A DNA stretch of 64,000 nucleotides from positions 806,001 to 870,000 of the forward strand of contig JASANG010001414.1 in the NCBI GenBank assembly GCA_030248215.1. Direction: 5' to 3'. The DNA comes from Enoplolaimus lenunculus. Its lineage: Eukaryota. Positions 51,514-64,000 of this stretch are shown piece after piece. The notes beneath the pieces were generated by a model. That model made no database searches. It had not been told where the DNA came from and saw only the letters and a list, made by a program, of their open reading frames with translations. Both the position numbers and the translations under genes were made by a program. The number at the start of each line of letters is the position of its first letter. The stretch's first letter is position 1.

Positions 51514-51779
51514 CACGTACGTTTGTGCTAAATCTAGAATTAAGTATCATACATTGCTGACGAGTATGTTGGAACGTATATTCTCGCTAGTCTCAGTCAG
51601 TCAGTCCAGTCAGTCGATTTAGATGCTGTTTTGAGTCACAAAATATCACGTACATTTGCGCTAAATCTAGAATTAAGTATCATACATTGCTGACGAGTAT
51701 GTTGGAACGTATATTCTCGCTAGTCTCAGTCAGTCAGTCCAGTCAGTCGATTTAGATGCTGTTTTGAGTCACAAAATAT
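51514..51779. repeat. Tandem duplication, 2 x 133 bp
   Basis: 51514-51646 and 51647-51779 are identical apart from two substitutions in the first 13 bp. Confidence 0.95.
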
Positions 51780-52337
51780 GACTTACTGTAGCGTCAAACA
51801 CGACAAAATAGCATCAATATATATATAGCATGTGTGTTGTAGTGCAGCCAATTCAGTCCTACAACAAGAGTTCCAAGCGTAAATCGAACGGCAATTCAAA
51901 ATCACACGGCTTGTGTAAAATGCGGGTAATCGATTTGATGAAATGTATTCTGTGATCGCCATGGAAGCGTCTGTTATAACACAGTGGGCAGTTTTGAGTG
52001 GATTGAGTTGAACTGCGCAATACGTATCTGATGGGCAAAGCTGTGAACGTTTATGTTAGCATTAAATCGATTATGTTTACTTTGAGACCGTTGGCAGTAG
52101 TAAGCTGTGTGGTGCGGGGTTGCATTGTTATATATAGCGCAGATCTGCTGAGCAATGCGGGCGGGTGATAAAGTTTCACGCATTGGACCGATATACAAGT
52201 TGAGTTTTGCGGTGCAGTAGGCATGTGCGTTTACTGCTGCTGTTGGCGCTGTTTGTCGCGTTTGAACGGTGGTACAGGTGTTGTCGTTGGTCGTGTTTTG
52301 TTCGGTGCTAGCATGGCTGCGTTATAGTAGCTGTTAC

Positions 52338-52350
52338 AGTTGTTGCTGAG

Positions 52351-52436
<86 letters not shown>

Positions 52437-52504
52437 GCTGATGGTGTTGTTGTTGTTGCTGTTGGTGTTTTTGTTGTTGATGTTACTGTTGTTGTTTTTG
52501 TTAC

Positions 52505-52541
<37 letters not shown>

Positions 52542-52570
52542 GCTGGTGGTGTTTTTGTTGAGCTGTTGTG
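52338..52570. repeat. (TTG)n microsatellite, about 29 perfect units then imperfect
   Basis: Seen directly. Source of the poly-Leu ORF 52351-52629. Confidence 0.95.
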
Positions 52571-53444
52571 TTTGGTATTATGGTATTTGTTCGTTTCTGT
52601 GTGTAACTATTGAGATAATTGGTGTTTGAATGAAAAGAAGACGTAGCAAAAATCGTTCATCGCTCGGTGGACGTCACTGTTTTTTTGAGTGTGAATCTAT
52701 AGTTCGAATGCGAACAGCAAGCACGTCAGAGAGCGCGGGTGTCGCGTATATTTATGCTTAATTACAGTATTCGACGGAGATGAGCAAAAAGAGGTGTCGT
52801 AGTATTTGGAGAACGCTTTTTGACAATAAATAATCGTTGTACGTACAATACGAACGCATATATATGTATGTTTGATGGGCGTGAGATTGAAAAGCGAAAC
52901 ATAAAAAGTTATTCGGATAAATAGCACGGGTATACACATAGATGAGTGCTTTATTTGTGGCGAGGAGAAAAGGATAAATAAATTTGTACGTATTTCGCTG
53001 TTGGGTGAGAACGAATCGGACGCTTTTTTGTCATTGAAATATAAAGATTCACCAGATATTGTAGTTTTTCGATGTGTGTTCTTGTTCTGTAATATATTTA
53101 TTTTCGAGTTTATATGATATTTAAAGCATGTATTTGCAGCGATATTTTTGAGGTGAGATAATCGACTATGAATACATTATGTATGTACCTATATATATAT
53201 GCATGTATTTATGTATATATACGTATGTATTTATGGAAAGTACTAGTATATCATCAGCAACCGCTGGATAATTGCAATGCTGTGTCGTCCGCTTCCCAAA
53301 GTTGAAAAATTGTAATAACAACATCGCGGTATAGTTAGTTTTAGTTAGCATTTTGTTGAGGCGCGCGTTTTTTTGTTCATTCATTGTTAATATTTTGTTC
53401 GGAATGCATTCGCCAATTGATCGGTATACATACTGTAGGTATAC

Positions 53445-53850
53445 CAGGGTGCAAAGCGGAAGTGGATTATATCGGAATCGGAACGGCAAATTTATACCGG
53501 AATCGGAATCGGAACTACAATTTTTGTGACTATACAGATAATTTGTATTCGCAAGTGTAATATTGATTTAGGGTGTCTGTTGGCCGGCGACAATTCTCAA
53601 AACCGTCGCATGAACAAATTGGCAATCATTTTTCGGCTCTGTAAAACTAAACTACAATCAATTATTGATAAGTTAACTGATCGAAAACAATTTAATAGAC
53701 AAATGATGCAGAATTTTTATACCACATATCACAACAAGTAGGTCTAAAATTAAAATCTGGAAATTCCGATTCCGATTGATTACACAATCGGAATCGGAAC
53801 TCGTTTTGAATCGGAATTCTAATCGGAATCCGAATTCCGATTGCACCCTG
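53445..53850 (+). mobile_element. hAT-like MITE family D (ATCGGA repeats)
   Basis: TIR CAGGGTGCAA / TTGCACCCTG. Homologous to 38438-38790 (partial) and 57824-58154 (inverted). Confidence 0.85.
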
Positions 53851-55136
53851 CTGTACCTATACGTTTTGGATCAGATGGAGCCAACCTGACATACAAGTGT
53901 TACATTTGATTTGGATGTTAGAAAAAATAGTTAGTTGTTACGAGTTGGTTTCAATTTGTGGTCATTAATAAGGCGGTGCAAAATTTTAATTTCTAACTTT
54001 GTAAAAAAATGTAACCTTGCATGCACAAGGATCAAGCTATCGGACCTATTTATCTCTACCCTGAAATTGGTTGTGCGTGTGTGTGTTTGGGGTCGTGTGA
54101 TTGGCATACTAACTGACATGGATCACAGGTATATAATTGATTCATCACAAGTGTTGATGTTAGCGGCGATGGCTGTCGTTAAATCCAAGCTATTGTGGTT
54201 TCCTAACCATTTAGTTTGGCAAAGCAATTTATTAATAGTCTAAAAGAGTAAGTGCTTTGAGATGAGAATCATTTTGAACGAATGGCTTTTTGATGCTTGT
54301 ATTGTTGTTGCTGTCTCTTAGCCTCAAAACTTTCACCGCTAATTGCTACCAGATATAAATTTATGCTATTTTGTTGAAGCATTAACGCATCGTCGTTGCT
54401 TAGATGGTGGTGGCAGAATGGTATGGTCTTGGAAATCTAGAGCACTTGTAAATAATAGCCGCATTTAAGGTGGTAATTTAGGGACATTGGGACGAATCAA
54501 TATACGGCAGGTATTGAGTAGTTTCGATGATTACTGCAGTACATTGCTTGCGGTGGCTGGTATATGCCCAGTCGTGAATATAAAGCGAATTTGTTTCTAT
54601 ACGTACCGATTAACGACAACATGTTAATGGCGATAAACCATTATATATACATTGTTAGATATATACATGAATTTTAGTTAATAACACTTGATAATACTGC
54701 AATTTAAGCAATGTTAAATGGGTCGTCGTTGTACTTTAACAATGGACTCCAGTCTCCGGTATTGTAGTTGCGGTTGGAAGTTGCAGATGTGACATTTGCT
54801 GATTTTAGGCTTCAACTTTGTGTGTATTATCGTAATTTTGTTGTAATGTATGCGATATCAGAATAAATTCCTTTTTAACGTTGCAGAATGTGTGGATAAA
54901 ATCGCTGGTCATTGTTTATTGCTTCGGCAGCTTAAAACAGTGTAAATTTGGTGCGTGAGTGAACGACTGTTGCAAATATATGTAACAAATCCAGAAATAG
55001 AAATCGTATTATAAATAGCAGTTGAAAGTAATTTTGAGTGAAAATAGTGAAATATAAAACTTACAGATCTGTGACCACTCCAGTTGGAGCAACTCAAAAT
55101 AATGGAAAAATTTGAAGTTATTGATTACTCATTATT

Positions 55137-56228
55137 TATTGAGCGAAGCTCGTAGTTTCGCGAAGGGTTTTATGTTTTCTACTTGGGGGTCGAAAGGTGG
55201 ATGTCCATCTGTCCGTCCGAAAAGAATCTCAGGAACCGCTGAACTGATTTTAATAAACTTGTTTTGTTTGAAAGCCAATTTTCCTGGGGTGTTAACCTCG
55301 CATTGGGGTTTCAAAATTGCAAGCCGTTTAGTAGGTACAGGCTAATTTGCATAATTATTTAAGCCTAAATTAGGACTTTCCACTCCACAATATTTCACTA
55401 ATTATTACAGTTAGAAGCAATCTAATTTTAGCATTAAAGGGTTTTTGGGTGCAAGGAATCTGCGTAGACTGTTTACAAACCTCCAAAACCGATACTTGAG
55501 CAACTAGCTAATAGGTAATTTGCATATTAGCATAGTTTATTAACCTAAATTAGGACTTTTTACAATATTTCACTAAATATAATTTCAGCAGTAAAGGGTT
55601 TTTAGGTGCGAGAAATTTGAATAAACTGTTTACAAACATCCAAAACCGATAATTGAATAGTTAGCTAATATCTAATTTGCATATTAGCTTAATTGACAAG
55701 ACAAAATTAGGACTTTTTAAATTATTTCACTAATCCTTAGGGTTTATTGAAGGTTTTTTGGTGCGAAGTATCTGAATAAATTGTTTACAAACCTCCAAAA
55801 CCGATAATTGAGTAGTTAGCTAATAGATAATTTGCATATAAGCATAATTGATAAACCTAAATTAGGCGTTTTTACAATGTTTCACTAATTATTAGGGTTA
55901 CAAGCAATCTAATTTCAGCAATAATGGGTGTTCGGGTGCAAGAAATCTGAATAAATCGCCTACAAACCTTTAAAAGCGATTATCGAATAGTTATCTAATG
56001 GCTAATTTGCGTATTAGCAAAGGTTATAAGCCTAAATAATGGCTTTTTAAATTTCTCAAATTATTAGGGTTACTGAAGGGTTTTTGAGTGCGAGGAATCT
56101 GAATAAATTGTTTACAAACCTCCAAAACCAATAAATGAATAGTTAGCTAATAACTAATTTGCATATTAGCTTAAGTACTTACGTGTGTTCGAGCTTCGCA
56201 CAATACATGTAGTCCCACTACGACTGGT
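55137..56228 (+). mobile_element. DINE-1/HINE-like (Helentron-associated) non-autonomous element with about five central tandem repeats of 152-175 bp
   Basis: Subterminal IR TATTGAGCGAAGCTCG (55137-55152) / CGAGCTTCGCACAATA (56190-56205), GTCC-type microsatellite near the 5' end, 3' hairpin GTAGT-CCC-ACTAC. Repeat marker TGTTTACAAAC-like at 55470, 55627, 55782, 55957 and 56109. Confidence 0.75.
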
Positions 56229-57823
56229 AATATTAGCATGATCATCATAAAGTTGAGGATGCAGTAACAACAGTTGTCTGATTGTCAGGAGACTTTTCTT
56301 TCTTGTTGCGAACTGCCAAGGTTTTCCTTCGAAATATTTTCTAGTGATGTTGTAGTTTGATTTCGGTGATGTCGGCAGTCGGCTTGCTATTTAGCAGCAA
56401 TATTGTGAATATGAGCCAAGTTTGTTTAACTGGGGTCGTTTTAAGGCTAGCAGTATTAAGTTAATCCTTATTTGTGTAGGGGAAGCGGCAGTCGCAATGT
56501 TTTGATGTCATCGTTTTTAGGAGTTTGAATGTTAGAAAAGTTGGGCAACGCATTCGAATAATTTCATCGAATGTAGGTAAACACCATGCTCGAGAACGGA
56601 GCGTTTAATTCAAGACGAGAAATACCTTTTTGCTATAGGCTGCCTCTCAAACTACTAGGTTCATAAATTACTTGAAATGTTTTGTGTTAAAAATGTTAAC
56701 ATCCTACGTTAATGATTATTTTTTATTCGACAAAACCCACAAGAATGTCAAAATGAGTATCAATTGTAATTCGGAGTACTGCCAAACAGACGGGTGTTAG
56801 CGTTTTTTCGGCAATCGAACTACTTGTTGTTTTTGTTTTTGCAGAAATTCTAAATACCAGTAAATGTTGTGTCTTAATAGTAACAGCAGTTGGAAATACT
56901 TCAAAATTTATCCGGTAAATATGTCAATGAATTGAAGGAGAATCGGAATTGATTTGAATTGTGACGAGCTGCTGCTAGTAGCACAACTGATGTTTTTGGG
57001 TTAAATATTTGATTTTAAACACTCGAATTCAAATTGTTATATAATTGCTGGGTTGTTTACAGAAATCTTAAATTTAAAAATTTAAGTGTTCAAATGTGTC
57101 ATGACAGTAACAGCAGTTTGAATGGCTTCAAAATTTATCCGTTAAACACATATGTCAGTTACTGAGATAAAGAAATTAAAAACAAAACAGTGTTGTAGAC
57201 TAAGGTAATTGGTGTGGTCTTCTCCAAACTAATTTGCTGATCAGACTCGTGTTATTAGTACCGGCAGTTCACCTGCACATTGTAGGATCGGGTACAGAAA
57301 TTCTAAATTGTAGTAAACTTAAATATTGATAACTGGAGTTAAAATTGATTTGAATAACATGAGCGGTTCCTGCTAGTAGTAGCATTTACGTGATTTAGGG
57401 TTGAAAATATGTTTAAACCATCTGTTGTTTTGTTGGTGTGTGTGTGCGTAGTGTGCGTAGTGTATGTACTATGCAAATCATTTGTGATGAATGATAGATA
57501 ACAGCACTATTGGCAGCATATTGTTGATGTTAGATGATCAGTTGACATGATGTGTTGTGAGAAGTTCATTTCCAGACATTGTTGCAGTTTCTTGTTTTGA
57601 TTATATATATCCGGCGCATGGGCGGATCAAGACTAACAGCCGCTTGGAAACGAAACGTCACAGAACGCGAAATGCATTTGTTGATGTGTTATTCTTTCAT
57701 TGTTAATTAGAGATGCTTTTTTTGCGTTCGTTCCAGTGATGTAGTAAAAGAGAAAAACTGCGGGATGTGGTCGAATGCTGCTAGTTCGTTTAGTTTTTGA
57801 GTCAGAAGTTAGGGTTACGTGTG

Positions 57824-58154
57824 CAGGGCGCAATCGGAATTACGATTCCGATTATAATTACGTTTAATCGGAATTTCCACGTTTTAATTTTAGACCGGCT
57901 TGTTGTGATATGTTGTATAAAAATTGAGCATCATTTATGTATTTGTTTTCTATAAGTTATAACTTATCAGTAATTGAGTGTAGTTTAGATTTACAGAGCC
58001 AAAAAATGATTGTCATTTGGTTCATGCGACGTTTTTGAGAATCGTTGCCAGCCAACAGACGCCCTAAATCAATATTATACTTGTTAATGCGAGTTATCCG
58101 TATAGTCAGTTCCGATTCCGATTCGGGTATAATCCAGTTCCGCTTTGCACCCTG
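57824..58154 (-). mobile_element. hAT-like MITE family D, inverted copy
   Basis: CAGGGCGCAATCGG / CGCTTTGCACCCTG. GTTACGTG on both flanks, with an extra TG after the left one. Confidence 0.8.
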
Positions 58155-60882
58155 GTTACGTGGTACCACCTAAGTTGGGAAGAATTACGACTAGACTTGA
58201 TTGTTATGCTTCAGTTTGGGAAAAGTTGGCTTAATTATTTATAGTTAAAAATGAAACATTCAAAAATTGAAATTACCTGTGCGCAATAGATTCTTTTAAA
58301 TATTGGTTTGCTTTAATTTGTTATTTATATTTTTATTTATTTTATTGAGGTCTGTGCCTGTAATGTCAGATGAATGTAGCATGTATTACTAGTAGGTTAC
58401 AATAATTGATGTTTTACATTGCGAACTAACGAACGGAATAACTTAAAAATTTGTGACACGTTTCGCGTTTGATTGACCCTACTTGCAAGTCGAGTTTGAC
58501 AGTTGTATATATCTGTCGCCGTTCGTTTATTCTCGCGATAGGTGATACACAGATTTGAGAATACAGGCTATACTCGTCGCTTATAGTAGGTAATGCCAAA
58601 TCAACAAACATCGCTTCTACTGGTTGTTACACTTCAGCGAACACCTTAGAACGACGTTGCAAGTAGTGTGTCGGTGTCGATATCGAAGTCATGTCATGAG
58701 CGGGATTGTGCAGTAGCGCGTGCGCATTTTACGGTTGTCACATAACGACAGAATTTGTGTTCGATTTATATGACACGTAAATTTGTACACAGGTCATTTG
58801 ATTTGTGAACCGCCAGATATTGACACCAGTAAAACATATTAAAATATACGTACGTACTTTTTGGCGTCTTGCGGATTGTTTCGTTTGACAGCTCGTGTGC
58901 TCCGCTGCGTCGCTGCCTGTATTGCGTTTAGTTGCTTGCCTGTAGCTAGAGGGAAATTATTACGTGGGCGTCAGCGGCCTAGAATAATTTGGTCGCCATA
59001 GAAAAGTTTTAATCTCGCATGTAAGTCGTCTGAAATCCTTGTACGCTCCTGTTGACATTTTCTAGTCCCCTCCTATCATGTTAAGCTGGTTACGGGCGTG
59101 AGCAGTTTTCTCAAAATGCACAGTGTTGTTGTGTTGTAACGAAGTTGCTGGTCACGGAATGTTGAGAGCAGATTTAGGTTTCTGTTAGGAGTTGTTTGTA
59201 TGTTGGCGTTTACTTTAGTTTCGGTTGACAAAAATAAAGTAGGGCTGCCCTATCTATCCTGTGGTACCGCACCCTGCGATCCATTGCCTTGACTTGTGGT
59301 GGCGTGCTAAGGAACGTTATGCATCCATATTGTAATCAAGTACTTGTCAATTTTAACTGTAATTTAGGTTTAGGTTTAGGAAACGTCTTACCTATGCATA
59401 AAGATAAGCTTTCATATATTCTAATCTAACATATATTTGCACTGTGGCATTACCATAACTGGTGCCGGTTTAAGCTTTACCCACTTTATGGAACAAATCT
59501 TCTTGAAAGCAGGCACTACTTGTTAGAAAGAAGTTTTCACTTTTGACTTCAAAACGTGCATTGTGTTTTGCGGATTTGCATCTCAAGGGCAACATTGTCA
59601 TAAATAGGGTTATTGGCTCATCATATAAGCAATTTAAAGTTGGTATCCCAGTGTCGAAAGTGCATTTTGTAGCCATGTCCAGTTGCGCGTCGCGCAAAAA
59701 TCAAGTAAGAAAGATCATGAGACGGACAAAAATATTTATTATGCGCTGCGCGCAGAAGCGCATATAAGGGAGGGATAGCAGAACATATACCTCCCCGAAA
59801 GATTCGCGGAGATACAAGACAATCACTTGGACACGATTTTGACTAACCTATATTGAATGCTGAATTTTTACAGTACGTTATGCGTTTTCGAAATGACTGT
59901 CCTGTCTACTTGGGTCGAAAAATTTGTATTTCAGATATGGTTGACGGTCGTAACGTTTGCGGAAATGTGCGGCCTTGACGGTCAAAATGTAGTTTGGGTG
60001 GCTCTTTCTTGTTCTCTTCGGTTCAGGGCAACGCTACTGGGGTTATTAGTTTAGGAACTGGCTTGAAATGACTGATATATAATTTTACGCGACAATGGGA
60101 GCTTGGCTGTTTGTAAGTACGAACGCTTATATTTGTTTTGAATTTAGCGAAATGGAACAGAAAATTGAAGAGTTTGTTGCAGAGTTATTATTGTAATATG
60201 GTGTTTAGGCTCTTTGGTTGACTGCAAACGTGATAGCCGGTGAAGTTGTTTGGATTTTGTGGTGTAGAGGTTTTGTGTGTGTGGGGTGATAGTTTATGAA
60301 CCCAGGGTTTGCGGATTTGAGTGTCACTTCGGCCGACGACTTTTAACCCCTACGGGCGGGCCGACAATTGGCTTGAGTGTTATTGGTAGTTTCGAACTAC
60401 TGAGCCGCAAGTTTGAAAAATAATTGAGTTTGAAGCAATATTTGACGTTTGGGTTTAAAATGTGGCGATGTGACACTAGGCGAGTATATATACGTGTATT
60501 TTGATTGGTTTGGTATTGACCGTTGGAATTTGAGCTGTGAATTGAAGGGGCGATTATTTTAGTTCTAAAGTAGCGAAAATATAATTAGTCTTTCAGGGGT
60601 GATTGGACAATAGTTTTTGCTAGAATGTGAAATCTTGCTAGTTGAGTTATAGTTGTAGGTAATGTGTTTTTGAAATGAGTTTTCTTTCTGCTAAGTAGCA
60701 TTCGGTTTGTTGTAAACTTTTGGAACAGTTTGGTTTTTGATTGCAATATGTTGTGTGGATTGTTCGATGTTTGGAGTTTCAACAACAATTTGGGTATCTG
60801 TCACAGTTTACGACTTGATGTTCTAAATTTCGCCAAATTAATGATATTGTTTTGTGTGGCCAAATATTAAGCCAAACGAAAC

Positions 60883-62581
60883 TTTGAGCGAAGCGTTGCG
60901 TTTTGTGAAACATTGTATGTTCTGTACTCTTGGGTCGAAAGGTGTTGTCCGTCCGACGAGAATCGCATAAACGGCTGAACGGATTTCGATAATTTTTTTG
61001 TTTGGAAATATCCCGGAATGTCATCCTCGCATTTTAGTTGTAAAATATTAAGTGGTTTATCAGCTACAGGCTAATTTGCATAATTGGTTAAAACTTAGGC
61101 CCTATTCACACGTGCAAGTAGTTAGCTAACAGCTAATTTGCATATTAGCTTAGCTAATAAGCCTAAATTAAGACTTTTTAAATTATTTCACTGAGTATTA
61201 GGGTTACTTAAGGGTTTTTGGGTACGGGCAATCGGAATAATGTGTTTATAAACCTTTAAGTCCGATAATTACATAGTTAGCTAATAGCTAGTTTGCATAT
61301 TAGCTTAACAAATAAACCTAAATTTGGACTTTTTAAATTAATTCACTGATTATTAGGGTTACTTAAAGGTTTTTGAATGCGAGCAATCGGAATAATATGT
61401 TTATCATCCTTGAAATCCAATAATTAAATAGTTAGGTAATAGCTAATTTGCATCTAAATTAGGACATTTTAAATTATTTCACTGATTACTTGGTTACAAA
61501 CAATCAAATTCAGTACTAAAGGTTTTTGTGTGCGAGAAATCTAAATAAATTATTAACAAGCCTTCAAAACCGCTAATTGAATAGTTAGCTAATAGCTAAT
61601 TTTCATATTAGCTTAACTAATAAGCCAAATTAAATTGTTTATAAACATCCAAAACCGATCATTGAATAGTTAACCAAAGTGGGTCACACTATCTGTTTGT
61701 GTTTTATAAGTTTGCTTACCAATTATTCAAGCTAGCCTGTAGCTAATAAATTTTATAAATATTTAAAACCATAATGTGTTGTTAACACCCAGGATTAAGG
61801 ATGTGCCGATTAATCGGCAGCGGCACTGCAAAAACATTGCCGATTCTTTGCCGATACTTATTGTTTTTTTTAAATGGTACCAATTTCACTTTTGGCGGCG
61901 TATATCAGTGTGTGATGCGGGAAACTGATATTTCTCTTTCGTTTGTGTTTGAAAAAATTATTTAAAACGAAACGTTCTCACAAAATTATATTCTTTTATG
62001 GTGGTTAGAGTGTAAGTCTTCGCATAATGATGTAATGTAGTAACCTATCTGTTGTTTAAAAATGGTGTACTAAAGTTGGAATCGGCATCGGTTCGGAATA
62101 GGCATATTTTTAAAATAATCACCATCCGCATCGTCAAAAATTAGGCATATTTTTAGAATAAGCACCATCCGCATCGTCAAAAATTTTGGTATTGGCACAT
62201 CCCTACACAAGATTCTATGCTTTGAAATAAAAAAAGTTGATCAAAAGCCGTTCCTGAGAATATCGTCGGACCGGCATCCACCTTTGAACCGCCGAGTACA
62301 AAACTTAAAACGTTTTGGAAAATTCCCAACGACTAACTCATTTGCATATTAGCTGAGCGCTATTGGCTACAGGGTTTTTTAGGCATCCGAAATTTAAGAT
62401 ATAATTTGGAACACTTTCAGCTTTCAAGTAATTTAGATACTCGATGACAGTTAAGCTGTTATCAAACCTATCGGTTACCACATACTTGAGAGTTGTGGTC
62501 CATAGTGTATTTAAGCATGGGAAATGTAAATAGTAAGCATGCCCACACTTTGGTCAATACATGTAATTCCACTACGACTGG
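60883..62581 (+). mobile_element. Composite HINE-like locus with the same central tandem repeat
   Basis: 5' end TTGAGCGAAGC..GGGTCGAAAGGTG..GTCCGTCCGA as at 55137. About four repeat units to about 61670. 3' end CAATACATGTAATTCCACTACGACTGG as at 56201-56227. A truncated third copy lies at about 34114-34265. Confidence 0.7.
61796..62205. mobile_element. MITE family B, full copy nested in a HINE-like element
   Basis: TAAGGATGTGCCGAT / ATTGGCACATCCCTA. Decayed 8-bp TSD CCCAGGAT / CACAAGAT. Confidence 0.8.
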
Positions 62582-63037
62582 CATACCTACTTTGAATCTA
62601 TTAAACTCTACACTGATGTAATTACATATAATTTTTTTTTCATATTGTGGACATCGTGCGACACATGTAAAAGCGGAATGACTATGTTTATATACTTAAT
62701 TATAACTTTTGATTTGGTTCGCTTCAAATACGTACTAATTTGTTCATTTAACACCCACATCATTATTGGCGATCATGTGACCTCAGCGTCACTCGTCGGT
62801 GATCGAAATTTTGAAATCGCTTTAAATTGAACGCTGTTTATTATTTTGGGTTTTGCGAGTCAATAACTATTTTATGAATTCCGCGAAGCTTGATTTGATT
62901 TAGGTTTACATACCAAGTTTTCCCGGTGTGCATGTCGTTTATGTGATATAAAATAAATCTATTTAAAATAATCGTGCTTGTAATATTTCTGTATACTGAT
63001 AGATAATGGTAAGCGAATGAAATGAAGTGTTGTGCGG

Positions 63038-63356
63038 CAGTGCCGCGGCCACTACCCGCTACCCCACCCCCCTGGGAAGCCCTCTGGCCTTTGGGGACGT
63101 TTACAAAGCACATCAGTCCTGCGAGTTTAAAAAAATGATGCGGGACTTTGGGCGCAATTCAAATTAACCATACTGTTGCCCACGCGCCATGCCTGTTTGG
63201 CTTCTCTCTCGCCAGGTTTGTTTGGCTTTTATATATTGTGCTTTCGAGTTTTTGGCCTCCCGTTACTGGATTAGTTGTTGCGTTCCTGTATAGTCGCCCT
63301 TTTGCAGTGGACAAACTCACAGCTGAGCCGAATTGGATACACTGGCGGCGGCACTG
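63038..63356. mobile_element. GC-rich hAT-type MITE
   Basis: 14-bp TIR CAGTGCCGC(G/C)GCCA. TSD TTGTGCGG / TTGTGAGG (7 of 8). Confidence 0.75.
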
Positions 63357-64000
63357 TTGTGAGGGAAAGGTTTTTAAAGGTTTTCGGTGACTAATATTTA
63401 GGTTTAATTTGATTTTAATACCGAAAACAAAAATTTGGCATTGATTGAATCGTAGGAATGTAGGATTGGACGTTATCCTTATCCAACTATGGACTACAAT
63501 AGCGCAACAAAACATTGCTGAAATTGGTGGTTCATCATTTTGTACGTATTTTCTTTTCAAACCGTTACTTAACCTTTTTTATTAAAATGTGCCTTAAGTA
63601 CATTATCTCTGTATATAGACAGAATAAGCAATGATCCATTTTTCGTGAATGTTTTAAATATATTGTGGTACTCAACCAACTGCGTGCATAATACTGTACA
63701 TATACATACTGATAGGACAAATTTGGAATTTAGAAATATGTGAGAATTTAGAAATGAGTTTATTGATTAGGATTCATCATTGATCACTGAAGTTCAGGCA
63801 GTAACTGCTTCCTGAATTCAATCAGTTACGTGTTTAGAACTGCTTAATGCAATGAATTATGTACATAAAGCTGCTGCGGTTCGAGTATATACATAGATTC
63901 GGGCGCGGAGCCAAAACAGAAAGTCAAAAAGGTTCACTCCCATTGAAAGGGGTTTGCTTAGTGGCATAAAAGGTGTTGCATCAAAATAATGCGCGATTCG

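Noticed and set aside
52351..52629. Poly-Leu ORF
   Set aside because: It is a (TTG)n microsatellite with a TTG start and no splice signals.

Overview
AT-rich eukaryotic DNA, most likely from an invertebrate animal: it has GT-AG introns and no operons, rRNA, tRNA or CRISPR. Two spliced genes point away from each other. (1) A minus-strand gene (exons 2287-1769 and 956-879) encodes a poly-Q/H region followed by two hydrophobic helices. (2) A plus-strand gene starts at about 14556 with four phase-compatible exons to 16639 and a probable fifth 702-bp exon at 30545-31246. It encodes a low-complexity Ser/Gly/Asp-rich protein that I cannot name, and its introns probably fill most of the rest of the window. 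Between the genes lie two arrays of a 37-bp minisatellite in opposite orientation (about 9050-9945 and 11290-12025), which produce the long spurious ORFs in the track. The non-coding DNA is dense with non-autonomous transposons identified from terminal inverted repeats (TIRs) and target-site duplications (TSDs): many hAT-type MITEs (8-bp TSD), a CACTG/EnSpm-type element, Mutator-like palindromic MITEs, a Ginger-type MITE, a pogo/Tc2-type MITE, DINE-1/HINE-like elements with central tandem repeats, a MITE family carrying TTAGGC repeats, and a frameshifted Penelope GIY-YIG relic. Several are nested. All calls were made by eye, and superfamily assignments rest on terminal signatures only. I see no autonomous element and no clearly new enzymatic system.
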